A stretch of 64,000 nt of DNA from Strigamia acuminata (lineage: Eukaryota). Position numbers and translations under genes: made by a program. The stretch covers positions 434,001 to 498,000 of the forward strand of contig OX442314.1 of the NCBI GenBank assembly GCA_949358305.1, read 5' to 3'. Below are positions 1-13,400 of this stretch, piece by piece. Positions within the stretch are counted from its first letter, which is position 1. Each line of letters starts with the position of its first letter. The notes beneath the pieces were generated by a model. It made no database searches and was not told the origin of the DNA. It was given only the letters and a program-made list of their open reading frames with translations.

Positions 1-2552
1 TTTCATCAGAAACTTTACAGCTTCAGGAGATTGGTCTTTCAACTCTTTTGGTTTTCCATCGATGAAGACAATAACATTGAATTTTCCATTTTTGGAAGGT
101 TCAACCTTGAACTTGAAGGTTGATGTCGGATTCTTCTTGATTTCTTCAATCAAATCAGTGAACTCGACGTCTACTTGGATTGGTGTTTGTGTTTCTTTGT
201 CCGACAGAATAAAAGTTGTTTGGCCATTATGCTTGACTGTTTTTGGAGTCCTAAGCGATTGAAGCAATTGAACAATAATGTTTAAGAATTTAGCCGGTAA
301 TGGATATTTTTTTGTTTTGCCATTGTGAGTGATGACAAGCTCCAAACCATTTTTCCCAGTGCCAATTCTCAAGTTGTATGATGGATCACTCTTAGCCTTG
401 GTTATTAATTCTAAAAATTTATCAGAATCAATGGTTCCAATGTTGAGGTCCTCAGGTTGCTCTTCAAGTGTAATCGTAAATTGTCCAGTAGCTGATGCTG
501 GTGAAAGCTTAAATTGCAAATCAGGATTCTTAATAAGTTTAATAAAAACAAAAAGCAAATTTGGATCAATGTGCTTGTATGTTTTAGAACCTTTCTTCCC
601 TTCATGAATAGTTAACTCATATTTGCCATCAGTTCCTGGTTGAATTTGAATTCTATTTTCTGGATGTTCTCGTACTTGTTTCAGCAATGTCAAAAACAGT
701 GGTTTTACTGTAAATGTTGTTTGCGTTGCACTATTGTCAGGAATAAACAAATAAGATTTATCTCCTGATTTGCCTAAAACTTCGTATGGCAATGAGGGAT
801 TCTTAACCAATCGAATAAAGGCGTCGCCAATTTTTGCTGGCACATCAGAATAGATTTTCTTTTTCCCATTTGAGTCGTCAGTCACAGTTATTGTGTACGT
901 ATCACCTGATGTTGCTATTTGAATTGAATAGCCTCCTTTCCTTATTTTCTTTACGACCTCTAAGAATTCGGGCTTCACTGTAATAATATTTGATGGTTTT
1001 GGCGGTTCAGGAGATACAGCAATTTTTACGTTGGAACCCTCTTTTCCTACTTCCGTGATTTGCAAAGTTGGATTCTTGAGTAATTTTACAAACAAGGATA
1101 AAATGTCTCTAGGTATTTTCTTGTAGGTTTTTGTTCCTTTGTCAGTCGTTAAAGTTACCGTCAACAAGCCATCGTCTTCCGGCTGATATTTGATTTTAAC
1201 CGCTTTAGTTGATTTCCGGACTTGCCTGATCAGTTCAACGAATTGTGGTTTAACGATGTAGTATTCAATTCCTTTTCCAATTGTCCCCGTATTGAGGTCG
1301 TCAGGTTGATCCACAACAGTCACAGTAAATTCCCCATTAGCAGCTGGCGAGACTTTATATTGCAAATTAGGATTCTTAATAAGTTCGACAAAAGAGAAAA
1401 GTAGGTTTGGGTCTATGTGCTTGTAGGTTTTGGACTGTTTCTTTCCATCTTCAACGGTCAACTCATATTTACCATCGGTTCCGGGTTGAATTCTTATATG
1501 ATTGCTCGGATGATTTCGCACCTGTTTTAGCAATGTTAAAAACAGCGATTTAACTGTTATTTTTGTTTGCTTTCCACTGTAGTTGGGAATAAACAATACA
1601 TCTTCGTCTCCTGATTTGCCTATAACTTGGTACTGTAATGAAGGATCTTTGAGCAATCGAATAAAAGCTTCGCCAGTATTTGTCGGTAAATCAGCATAGG
1701 TTTCCTTTTTCCCACTTGACTTATTAGTCACAGTTATTGTGTACTTATTGCCTTTTGTTGATATTTGAATTGAATAACCTCCTTTTCTTATTCTATTGAC
1801 TGCATCCAAAAGTTGGGGTTTTATTTTAAAAATATTTGTTGGTTTTGGTGGTTCAGGAGAAACAGCAATTTTAACTTTAGACCCAACTTTTCCTACTTCT
1901 TTGATTTGCAGACTTGGATTTTTAAGTAATTTGGCAAACAAGTCAAACGTGGCTTTTGATATTTTGTCATATGTTTTTGTTCCTTTGTCAGTGGTTACTG
2001 TCAGTTTGTAGAGGCCATCTTGATGTCTTTGAGCATGGACCTTAACTGCTTTAGTTGAGGCTCTAACTTCTTGAAACAGCTGAACAAACTGCAGATCAAC
2101 TGTGTAATATTCAACATTTTGACTGGAAGATGATCCACTAGAAGTTCCACCAGAAGAAGATCCACCAGAAGAAGATCCACCAGAAGATGATCCACTCGAA
2201 GATGATCCACTGGAAGAAGATCCACTCCAAGACGTTCCACCAGAAGACGATGAAGTGGAATATGTTCGACTATGAGTTGTGGTTGCTGAAGGAATTCGGT
2301 GTTGTACATGGCCTAGTACATGGTGTAAAGCCTTATTTACATCATTGAAGTGTTTTGGAATCAAGTTGTACGATGATATCAATCCAATAACTGAAATAAA
2401 TGTATGAATCATGATTTAGTATTATTTCAAAGTATTTTTCTACTACAACGTCAAACAAGAAGTTTTCTCTGTTCCAAACTGAAAAATTTACCTGAAAGCT
2501 GCAAAACCACGAACAGCCAAGTATGTCTCTCTCTTTGGAGAAACATCTTCAT
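1..2552 (-). CDS. Unknown, probably secreted repeat protein, 3'-truncated by the window edge; exon 1 2552-2492, exon 2 2390 to beyond base 1
   Basis: ATG at 2552 (MKMFLQRERHTWLFVVLQLS), GTAAAT donor, tttcAG acceptor, then an open frame running past base 1: VIGLISSYNLIPKHFND..., a Ser/Gly linker (SSSGGSSSGG), then repeated ~90-100-aa units (EYYTVDLQFVQLFQEVR...KTYDKI...LLKNPSLQ). Absent from the ORF track because no stop codon lies in the window. Confidence 0.8.
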
Positions 2553-2570
2553 TCGTCTAATGGATTGAAG

Positions 2571-2605
2571 AGTGAAGTTTCAATATGAGATTGTGAGCTT
2601 ATATA
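2571..2605 (-). promoter_or_regulatory. Putative TATA box plus initiator for the repeat-protein gene
   Basis: Minus-strand TATATAAG at 2605-2598, with a pyrimidine TCACTC initiator-like motif about 30 nt downstream, just before the ATG at 2552. Confidence 0.5.
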
Positions 2606-4439
2606 GTGATCAAAGAAAAAACAATCAACTGAACATCTGTAGCTAATTGCCTCAAATAACAGAAATTGGCTATTATTGCCTAAATACTATCTAATGAAAA
2701 ACACTTCAAAGCAATTCTTAACACCTGCACTCTTTACTGAATGTAATTAGAAGACTTTTAATGTTGAAAACAATTGTTATTAGTTTTTGTTTTTCATTCC
2801 TGCTGCAGGTTTAATTGAAGTGTACCTTTCACCGGGCCGTCAATTGAAGCAAAAACCTTTACAGTGAATAATAATTGTGTGATAAATATTTATCAGCCTG
2901 ATTCTTATAGGCTAATACTGGGTTGCATTGCCTATATTTGAAAACTTGCTTTTTATTATACTAATTGTAAAAACACAAAATGGCAGTTCTTTGCTTTGTG
3001 AATGAGATGGAAGAGATCCCCGAAAAAAAGACCAACAATCAATTCAACATTACAACCGACTTTTATAAGGTTTTGCATTAACTCATAACTCCTGTTTAAA
3101 AATTTCTCCTAAATTGCTGTCTAATTCTTGCTGCGATCATATTAACCGCACACCATCTAAGAGGTGGAAATTGTGTTCACAATCACGATAACATTTTCAG
3201 TTGCAGCGGGCATCGATGTATCCGAATTAGATTTTGGATTGTATGGCATGTTTAGCCAAGATTGAGTTGTCTAAAAACAAGAGAAGTTCCTGGAAAATTC
3301 ATACAAGCATGAGAACCAACTGTTTGTAGTATTTAAACACTACTGCACATTTTTATGTGCATAATTCTACTATTCGGGTATTTCAATAATCTTAGGCTCA
3401 TATGTATAGTAGAAGTGCCAAATTTGCGCACGCAGAGGCTTGACTAATGAATTTAAAAGTTAGGAATTAGGTCTGAGCTTAGATTCCAAACTTCAAATTG
3501 ACATTGCACAGGAACTATGCAGGTCTTTGGCCCCTCTTTAATCACCACACCAAATTTCAGAACAGCACATCTTTAGATAAAGAAGTTACAGTGATTGCCA
3601 GTATTTCATGCGTTATCGTTACTGTCAGAGTTTTTTTGTCATTTTTGTACTCAAATACGAATTGCAGAATCATGATCTACAGGTGTTTTTCCTTAAGGAT
3701 GAATACAGTTTACGGTAAATACCGTACATTTGTCATTTGTAAAAATTTTTAATTTTTGAGGATGAACAATTGCAGGCAACATTTCAACTCTGGGTATCAT
3801 TGGTTCTATGAAAGTTACAAAGATCAAAATTGGCTTGTTTCAGAGTAGACTTCAGGCTCTTTCAAAGAAAGTTTATTTGATCTCTGCATCGATTGTAGTT
3901 GTCAAGATAATTCCACCATTGGAACCTCATCATCCTATTTGAACACTTATTTAGCTACATAACTACTGTATAACGTAACTGCGGTATTTATCAATTTGCA
4001 GTAACGCGTGCAACCTTGCTGATTGCCACATTTGTAATTATTTCAGAGAAAAATGCTGGCTCGTTGATTGTTATTGAGGTTAAGAAATGAAAAAAGAACA
4101 AATGGCATTTCTCAACCATTTGTTGTGCAATTAAAAGCATTTCTGAGATTGTTGTTTCTCTGCCGTTCAGAAAATTAATTTTTGGATCGAAAATAGAAAA
4201 TAAATTAATTTAAAAATCATCATTTGGAAAACCTTTTGAATTTTATTAAGAATTTTTTTTTTTTAAATTGAAAGGTGCGGGTAAATTTGTGTAGTTGCAT
4301 GAATTGTTGTATAGTTTGACCAAACCGATTTCAGTTAATTGATTTAATTGATGCAAATTAAATTAAACGTGAGCTTAATTACAATGAAAAGTCAAAAATT
4401 CAATTTATTTCAACTCAACTTACACAACAGTGATAAACT

Positions 4440-7400
4440 TTAATTTCTTTTAAACAGTTTGGGAAAAGCCCACTTTTTGTCGCGCGTCTTCCTGTCGAAA
4501 TCATCGACATCGATGACGGAGACGGAGCGAGCTGCGCTTGCGCTGCTGGCATAACTAGATGTGACCGAAATAGAATCGTCTTCATCTTCATCGGACTCTT
4601 CGAAAGGATTACTGGACGGACCTAACACAAAAACAACAAATAAAATAAAATAAATATTTAAATTATTTTATTCTATGTTATTCGGGGGACCGAACATTAG
4701 GAATTTTTGTCAACAAGGTTTATAAATCCCTAGATTTGGAAAGATTTATGGATTTAAAAATTTGATAAGATTTATTGATTCACTTAGGATTTAAGGATTT
4801 AGTTGGGATTTATGAATTTATTTTTAGATTCATTGATTTGATGGAAATAATTGATTCATTCATGGTTTAAGGATTTATTTAGATTACAGTCAAAGCTGTG
4901 TAGCCCGGACATAGGACGGGTCCCAGAAACTTGTCCGGTCTAGGGAATGTCCAGATGGGAGAGGCGATTTAACATTGCTGGGTATAGGGCGGGACCAAAT
5001 TAGGCCCTCCAAACTGTCCGGACCACACAGCTGTCCGGACGGTGCTATGTCGATCTACACAGCTTTGACTGTATAGATTTTGAGATCTATAGGATTTAAT
5101 TTGAGTTTTAAAAATGGATTTCAAGAATTTCTAGTATTTGGGACTAAAAGATTTAAAAATTGAAGTAAGAATTAAAAAATTAAAAACAATTTCATGTGTA
5201 AATTTGCGATTTAATGTTGGATTTATAGATTTAAAGATTTATTAGAAATTTAGAGATTTTAAGATTCATTAGAGATTTAGTGATTTTAAAATTTATTAGA
5301 GATTTAGAGATTTTAAGAATTATTAGAGAAAAAGAGATTTTAAGATTTATTAGAGATTTAGAGATTTTAAGATTTATTAAAAATTTAGAGATTTTAAGAT
5401 TTATTAGAGATTTTAAGATTTATTAGAGATTTTAAGATTTATTAGAGAATTTAAGATTTATTAGAAATTTAGAGATTTTAAGATTTATTAGAGATTTTAA
5501 GATTTATTAGGAATTTTAAGATTTATTAGAGAATTTAAGATTTATTAAAATTTAGAGATTTTAAGATTTATTAGAGATTTATTAGGGATTGAACCAACCA
5601 TCAACGAGATTTATAGCAAATGTCGGTCCCCTGACTATTATTGACTTATTCAATATTATTCACGTGTTGGGAGAACCGGTTTGACGTCACTCGTCGCGGC
5701 CTCCTCGTAACTGAGCAATTGCATTCGCGGCGGAAGTTTGGCGTGAAAGTTAATTTTATTGATCCACTCCTGCATGACGGGCATCGTGTCGGCCACGAAC
5801 AAGTACTCGGCATTGTCGACCAATCGCAGGCGGAAGGCGAACTTCTTCTTCGTGTAGTCGACGGCCGTGCTGCTCGTGGCGCGGTAGATGCTGATCGGCG
5901 GCGCCGCAGCCTTGTTGTCCAGGAAATCGTCCTTGTCTTTGAAGAAGCACAACAGCTGGCCGCACATGACGGCGTACACGCTTTTCCACGAGCGCATCGT
6001 GGCCCGTTTGCCGCCACTTTGCAGTTCCTGTTTGCGCTCGAGGAGCCCCTGGATCTCGACGGGCGGCAGGTTGCTCGACGAGTCGCTGCGTCGGCGGGTC
6101 GTGAAACTCGGGGCGCGGCGTATTTGCTTCATGCTTTCGGCTCGCTTGATGGCGACGGACGACGGCGGCGATTTGGCGGTTAAGCGCATGCTTTCGACGC
6201 GTCGCAACCCGTCCGGCTCCGACTCCGGTTCCGGCTCGTCGACCAATGTTTCCTCTTCGTTGCGACTCGTTTGGTCTTCTCTCCGTCGTTCCTGCAAATT
6301 TTAATTGCAAAAATTCATTATTTAGTCTTTTCACTGCATTTTTTACGTGCAAAATGCATTATTTGGTCTTTTCAATCCATTTTTTACGTGCAAAATGCAT
6401 TATTTGGTCTTTTCAATCCATTTTTAACATGCAAAATGCATTATTTGGTCTTTTCCCTGCATTTTTAACGTGCAAAATGCATTATTTGGTCTTTGCACCG
6501 CATTTTTAATGTGCAAAATATGTTATTTGGTCTTTTCACTGCATTTTTAACGTGCAAAATGCATCATTTGGTCTTTTCACTGCATTTTTAACGTGCAAAA
6601 TGCATTATTTGGTCTTTTCCCTGCATTTTTAACGTGCAAAATGCATTGTTTGGTCTTTTCCCTGCATTTTTAACGTGCAAAATGCATTATTTGGTCTTTT
6701 CACTGCTTTTTTAACGTGCAAAATGCATTATTTGGTCTTTTCACTGCTTTTTTAACGTGCAAAATGCATTATTTGGTTTTTTCGCTGCATTTTTTTCGTG
6801 CAAAATGCATTATTTGGTCTTATTATTGCACTTTTAACGTGCAAGATGCATTATTTGGTCTTTTCCCTGCATTTTTAACGTCTAAAATGCATTATTTGGT
6901 CTTTTCAATCCATTTTTAACATGCAAAATGCATTATTTGGTCTTTTCCCTGCATTTTTAACGTGCAAAATGCATTATTTGGTCTTTGCACCGCATTTTTA
7001 ATGTGCAAAATATGTTATTTGGTCTTTTCACTGCATTTTTAACGTGCAAAATGCATCATTTGGTCTTTTCACTGCATTTTTAACGTGCAAAATGCATTAT
7101 TTGGTCTTTTCCCTGCATTTTTAACGTGCAAAATGCATTGTTTGGTCTTTTCCCTGCATTTTTAACGTGCAAAATGCATTATTTGGTCTTTTCACTGCTT
7201 TTTTAACGTGCAAAATGCATTATTTGGTCTTTTCACTGCTTTTTTAACGTGCAAAATGCATTATTTGGTTTTTTCGCTGCATTTTTTTCGTGCAAAATGC
7301 ATTATTTGGTCTTATTATTGCACTTTTAACGTGCAAGATGCATTATTTGGTCTTTTCCCTGCATTTTTAACGTCTAAAATGCATTATTTGGTCTTTTTCC

Positions 7401-10400
7401 TGCATTTTTAACGTGCAAAATGCATTATTTGGTCTTTTCCCTGCATTTTTAACGTGCAAAATGCATTATTTGGTCTTTTCCCCCCATTTTTAACGTGCAA
7501 AATGCATTATTTTCTATTTTACATTAACGATGCGTTCGTGTTCCCTTCGTTTCAACTCTTTGACACGTTCCAGTTGTTGGCGCTCCGCTTCCGCTTTGTG
7601 GTTCTCGACTTCTTTGTTGCGCTGCGTTTGAAACGCTTTTTCGAGCTGAAAATGAAAGAAAAGATAAATGAAAAAAAAACAAGATGAGGTAAAATCAAGT
7701 TGAACTCACGAGCGTCGTCCTCTTAATGGCCATAAACTTCTCCTCCTGCGCCTCGATGGTCTTTTCGAAATCGTCGTGTTTCTTGATGAGTTCTTCCACT
7801 TGCGCTATGGAATTGCCGACATTGGCGCGGTCACCGAGCACGGACGAGCGTCCGTCGAGCCACAAGTTCAACGTGTCTACGTCGCGCTTGAAAAGCTGCA
7901 CGTCCAAATTCTGCTCGTAAAGCGCGAGCCTGTCCTCCCACGTGAGCATCAGAGATTTTAAGGCGCCGTCGAGACGTTCGATCTTGTCCTGGATCTCTCG
8001 AGCCATGAAGTGTTTCTGCTCGACCAGTTGCCGGCCGCGCACGTTGAAATCTCTCAAAGCGTCCAGTCGAGAGTCGGTTTCGGTCTTGTACTCGTGGTGG
8101 CGCGAGATCAGAGCTTCGGCGCCGCGCACGTCCTGCGGAAGATCCGACGCCGTAATTTTGGCCATCATTTCGTTCAACCACGCACTGAAATAAATAAATA
8201 AATTCCGTGGAAATAAATCCCGTGGAAATAAATCCCGTGGAAATAAATCCCGTGGAAATAAATCCCGTGGAAATAAATCCCGTGGAAATAAATCTGTAAA
8301 TCTCAAATTAAATCCTATTAAGTTCAAAATAAATCCTATAAATCGCAAAATAAATCCTATAAATCGCAAAATAAATCCGTAAATCCCAAATAAATTTGTA
8401 AATCCTAAGTAAATCAATCAATCTTTTGAAATCTTTCGGTGCACAAATCTTTGTTAAATCTTACATGAGGTCTCGGTATTCGTCAAAGTAGACTTGTAAT
8501 TCCTCGGCTTGATGCAATCGATCTTTCCTCCGCGCCGATCCGTCCAACAAGCGATTCCAGGCCTCGACGGTCTCTTCGTGACGTGACTGCACGTGCATCC
8601 GAGCGTCCGGAAACATCTTGGCCAAGCGATTTGCCTCCGCGTCCACGCTCTGCACCCGATCTTTGATGGCCGCCAAATCACGCTGAAAATGAAAAACAGT
8701 AGAAAAGAAAATAATGAAAAAAGAAAATCTCTGAATGTTTGGATGGACGCCACGTGGTCAGGGGAGGGCCACGGAACGCTAAACGAAACGCACATGATGA
8801 AATTATCCACGAAATACAACAGAGACACAGATTTAGTTATATAGCTTTATTGTTGTCTAGGGGTATGATATGGTGTCTCATACGTCGCCGTAAAGTTCGC
8901 GGAGAACATACGGTTAACGCGACTAACATAGACGCTCAGATCCCGGTGTGCGACAGAGCAGCCACGCAGACCGGTTGGGTCGCTAACTTAGTCAGTTTGG
9001 GGGGCAGTCGGGATGCGACCGTTCGTCTTGCTGGCTATTCAACCCACTACAGGTCCCACCCACTTCCGGAAGGGTTACTTCCAGGGCCAGATTGGCTAAT
9101 CAAGAAACACGAGAGGCGCGAGAGCTGCATAAGGTGTGTTGCGCTGCAGTGCAGTGATCAGCCAGCAGGGGCAGCTGGTCACAAATCTTTTCAAATCACT
9201 CACTTCGAATCCCTCGTGTTTGCGAACTTGCGAGCGGATGCTTTCCAAATCATGTCCGTAGTTGCCGGTGGTGAGCAAGCCGTCTTTTTCCTGGATCCAA
9301 CTCAACGTCTCGTCGGCGTTGCGGTCGAGCGTGTGCACTCGCTTGGCCCCAATCAACGCTTCCCGTCGCAAGTGCACGTGCTCTTTTAAATCCATCCACA
9401 TGGCAGTCAACTTGCTCATCTTTTGCTCCACCTGCTCCGAATGCGACATCAACTTTTTGCCCTGGTCGCGAACGTTGGTCACGCGTTCTTCGGTCGACGA
9501 CAAACTGCTGGCAAAATTCTCGAATTTCGTAATTAAAATCTTGAAAAATAAGAAAAAATTAAAATTAAAAATTAAAAATTATTAAATTAGTTTTTACTTC
9601 GACGTGCTCCAAATCTTGGCCGTAGTCGTCGACGTCGGTGACGGCGATTTGCTCGCCGAGCTTTTCGATGAGTTCGTCGACCGTGTAGAAATATTTGAAA
9701 AGCGAGAGGTTCTCGTCGAGACGTTTGCGCCGCTCGTCAGCAACCGCTTTCAGCTCGGCGTATTGTTTCTCCACTCGCATTTGCTTCTCGTGCAGGTTCT
9801 GGCTGTCGAAGTGACCCCTCTCGACCAGTTCTTGCTTCAGAGTGGCGAGTTTTAAGATGTTGTTGTTGAACACATTCACGTCACGATCCAAAGCGTCCAT
9901 GTTTTTAATCAAAATCTGAAAACAAAATTGAAATTAAAATAGCATAAAATTTGCTAAAGTGTCAAAACTGTCAAACGTTAAATTGAACGCACCTGCACAG
10001 AGTTTTTATCTTTACCGAAATCCACGACTTGGAGAAATGAAAAACGATCTTTGATCCAGATTTCGATTTCATTCGCTTCTTGATAGAACTTAAAACAAAA
10101 AAATGGCAATTTTATGTTCAATGTAAATGCAATATTTATTTATTTATTTTTTCCTCGTTTTCTCACCATCTGCGACTCGGCAGCGTCGACCAATCGAAGA
10201 CGTCGGACGGTGGCTTCGTCTACGAGATGTTGCAGCGCTGTTTGCAACTCGCTCAAGTGATCCTCGACCGGAATGGCCGCGAAGTGACCACTGGCGATCA
10301 TTTGCTGGCCCATGCTCGCCACCGAAGCGATGAGTGGCTCGCGCGTTTGAATTTCCGCTTCGAGAACCTGAAACGACAAGAAATTTGTAAAATTTGCATT

Positions 10401-13400
10401 AAATTCCAATTAATTAATTAATTAATCACTTGGTGTTTCTTTTGCAGGTTGGAAACGGTGGACAGACTCGAACCCAAATCGGTGGACGACGCCAGCGTTT
10501 TCTTTTCGTTGATCCAGAAGAGTTCGTCGTCGACGTCCCTTCGGAATCGATAGTAGAGCAACGCGTCCTCCAAATTGTCGCGCCGGATTTGAACGGGTTC
10601 ATGAAGCAGACCGTAACTAAGAAAAACGATTAAAAATACAAATAAAAATAGTACGAAAGGATTTGAATTTGTTTTGTTACCGCTTAATGACTGCTTGCGC
10701 TCGTTCTTCGAGTTCTTCGCTCATGAAGTGATTGTTGTTAATTAAATTGGACAAGGCGTCTTTGACGGCTTCTATGTTGTCCATGTGGTTGTTCACGTCG
10801 GTTTCTAACACCTGAAATATTTTGTATCGACATTTGTTGTGAATTGTTGATTGCAACACGGCAGGAATTAGCAAAACAAATTTTGGTTGAAATTTATGGA
10901 TTTTGTCCAAATTTACTAGAAAATGTGAAATTTAGTCGAACTTTCTCACAAAAATATGAAATTTTAACAAAAATTTCAGAAATTTGGTCAAAATTTATCA
11001 AGAATTTCAGAAATTTGGTCAAAATTCATCAAAAATTTCAGAAATTTGGTCAAAATTCATCAAAAATTTCAGAAATTTGGTCAAAATTCATCAAAAATTT
11101 CAGAAATTTGGTCAAAATTCATCAAAAATTTCAGAAATTTGGTCAAAATTCATCAAAAATTTCAGAAATTTGGTCAAAATTCATCAAAAATTTCAGAAAT
11201 TTGGTCAAAATTCATCAAAAATTTCAGAAATTTGGTCAAAATTCATCAAGAATTTCAGAAATTTGGTCAAAATTCATCAAAAATTTCAGAAATTTGGTCA
11301 AAATTCATCAAAAATTTCAGAAATTTGGTCAAAATTCATCAAAAATTTCAGAAATTTGGTCAAAATTCATCAAAAATTTCAGAAATTTGGTCAAAATTCA
11401 TCAAGAATTTCAGAAATTTGGTCAAAATTCATCAAAAATTTCAGAAATTTGGTCAAAATTCATCAAGAATTTCAGAAATTTGGTCAAAATTCATCAAAAA
11501 TTTCAGAAATTGGGTCAAAATTCATCAAGAATTGACAAATTTTGTCAAAATATTTGAGATTTTTTGAAATATTAGTTGTAATGCCACTGAAACTCGTCTG
11601 ACTTGATGTTTTCGCAACAGGTTCTGAACCGACGTCAAATCCTTTCCGTGATCCTCCGACTGCAGCAACGTTTCAGTTTCGTCCATCCACGCACACAAAT
11701 CGTCGAGCGAACGATTAAAAAGCAGAGCCTAAAATAAAAAAATAATAAACCAAATTCAAAAATTCAACGAATCAAATCAAATACTTGATACGCTTCGTCC
11801 AGCCTCGATTTCTTCAGCGCCGACAAATCCATCAAACTCCGCCATTTGTTCTCCAGCTCGTCCAACTGCGTGCGGATTTCCATGCCCGCAAAATGGCCGG
11901 CCCCGATCAACCCCTCTCCTTCCTTTAAAACAATTTCAAAATTCAAAATATAAAATATAAATCATCGGTTAGTTCATCACCATATTGACGTTGTTGATGC
12001 GACTCTTGTTGGCCGCCAGTTCGGCTTCAAACACTTGATGTTTCTGCATTTTGCGCAGCAGATTGCTCGGCTCCATGTAATTCTCATCGCCGGCTAAAAT
12101 CATTTTGTCCTCAATCCAACCCAAAACCTAGAAATCAACAGAAATAAATAAAAATATAAAGAGAAAATCATGTAAATACCTCGTAGTTGTTGCGCAGAAA
12201 CTGCTGTAGTTGTTTCGACTCGTGTAGTTTCTTCCGGCGGACCATCGCGATTTCTTTCAAGCGATCTCTGCGCTGGCAAATGTCGTGCAACTGTTCCTGG
12301 ATCTCGCAACTCGCGTAGTGCTTGCCGGCAATCAGTTGCGTGGCGAATTTCTCTAATTCGTCGATTTTCTTGTTCTGCACTTGGATGGTTTTTTCAAAAG
12401 CTTCGTGCTTCCGCGACAAAGCCTCCACGCTCGACATGGATTCGCCGAGGTCTTCGTTGTTCAGCAGCGCCTCCTTGTTCGCGAGCCACGTGTGAGCAAC
12501 CTCGACTTGCTCGTGGAATATCTGAAAATTAAAAAAAAACGGTAAAAATCGAAAAAATCGGGAAAAATCAAGAAAAATCGAAAAAAAATCGAGAAAATAC
12601 GAAAAAGATGTATTAAAATCAGAAAAGATGTATAAAAATCGGAAAAAAATCGGGAAAAATCGAGAAAAATCGACAAAAGTTCTACAAAAAGCAATAAAAA
12701 TCGGAAAAAAATCGAAAAAATCGAGAAAAAAATCGGAAAAAATTGGAAATAAATCAAAAATAATGTATAAAAATCGGAAAAAATCGACAAAAATCTATAA
12801 AAATCGGAAAAAAATCAAGAAAAATCGAAAAAAAATCAAAAACAAAATCGAAAAAATCAATAAAAATTATAAAAAATCGAAAAAATCAAAAAAATCAAAG
12901 AAAAAATCGAGAAAAATAAAAAAAAAATCGAAAAAATCGGAAAAAATTCGGACAAAATCGGAAAAATTCGAACAAAATTGGAAAGAAATCGAGAAAAATT
13001 GAAAAAAAAATCATTATTCGTACTTGCAAATCCAAACATTGACTCAACAATTGTTTTCTCTCCTCCCACGCTTGGATCAACGTTCGCCGCAGTTCCTCGA
13101 GGTTTGCTAAATTCTCTTCCAACTCGTCTTTCGCGTAATGATTCTGTTGAATCAACTTGTAACCGAACGTTTTCAGCGTTTTAAACGTTTCCTGCCGACC
13201 GTCGATTTCTGCCTACAATTATTCCACGTCACTTCATTTCAATTCATTCATTTTATCGCTCACTTTTCGTTCCGCGTGCAACTGCAACGCGTTCTCGGCT
13301 TCTGCGCCGTCGCCGGGCAACTGCACCGTGTTCACTCGCGAAATCATCTCATTCACCCACGATTCCTAACAAAAAATTTGCCAAATTTAATTTCTATTCC

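Larger units (their letters stand above)
4682..5634. mobile_element. Non-autonomous TIR-bounded AT-rich element (GATTTA family) containing a nested MITE and a 19/28-bp array
   Basis: The ends TCGGGGGACCGAACATT ... AAATGTCGGTCCCCTGA are imperfect inverted repeats. Internal and terminal sequence resembles 36567-37270. No clear TSD. Confidence 0.6.

Noticed and set aside
2001..2309. 102-aa minus-strand ORF with VDLLL repeats
   Set aside because: Alternative frame of the Ser/Gly linker of the long repeat-protein ORF.
5641..6304. Plus-strand and alternative-frame ORFs overlapping spectrin, TANGO1, gag-pol and RNF216 exons (e.g. 14571-15272, 37851-38750, 61403-62317)
   Set aside because: Antisense shadows of GC-rich real exons; no recognisable motifs.
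6300..7512. CRISPR-like appearance of regularly spaced repeats
   Set aside because: Head-to-tail units without unique spacers, no cas genes, eukaryotic intron context.
10844..11567. Long ORFs over tandem arrays (also 20330-21257, 22248-22680, 28921-29424, 12628-13002)
   Set aside because: Stop-free translations of intronic minisatellites inside traceable spectrin introns; not protein-coding.
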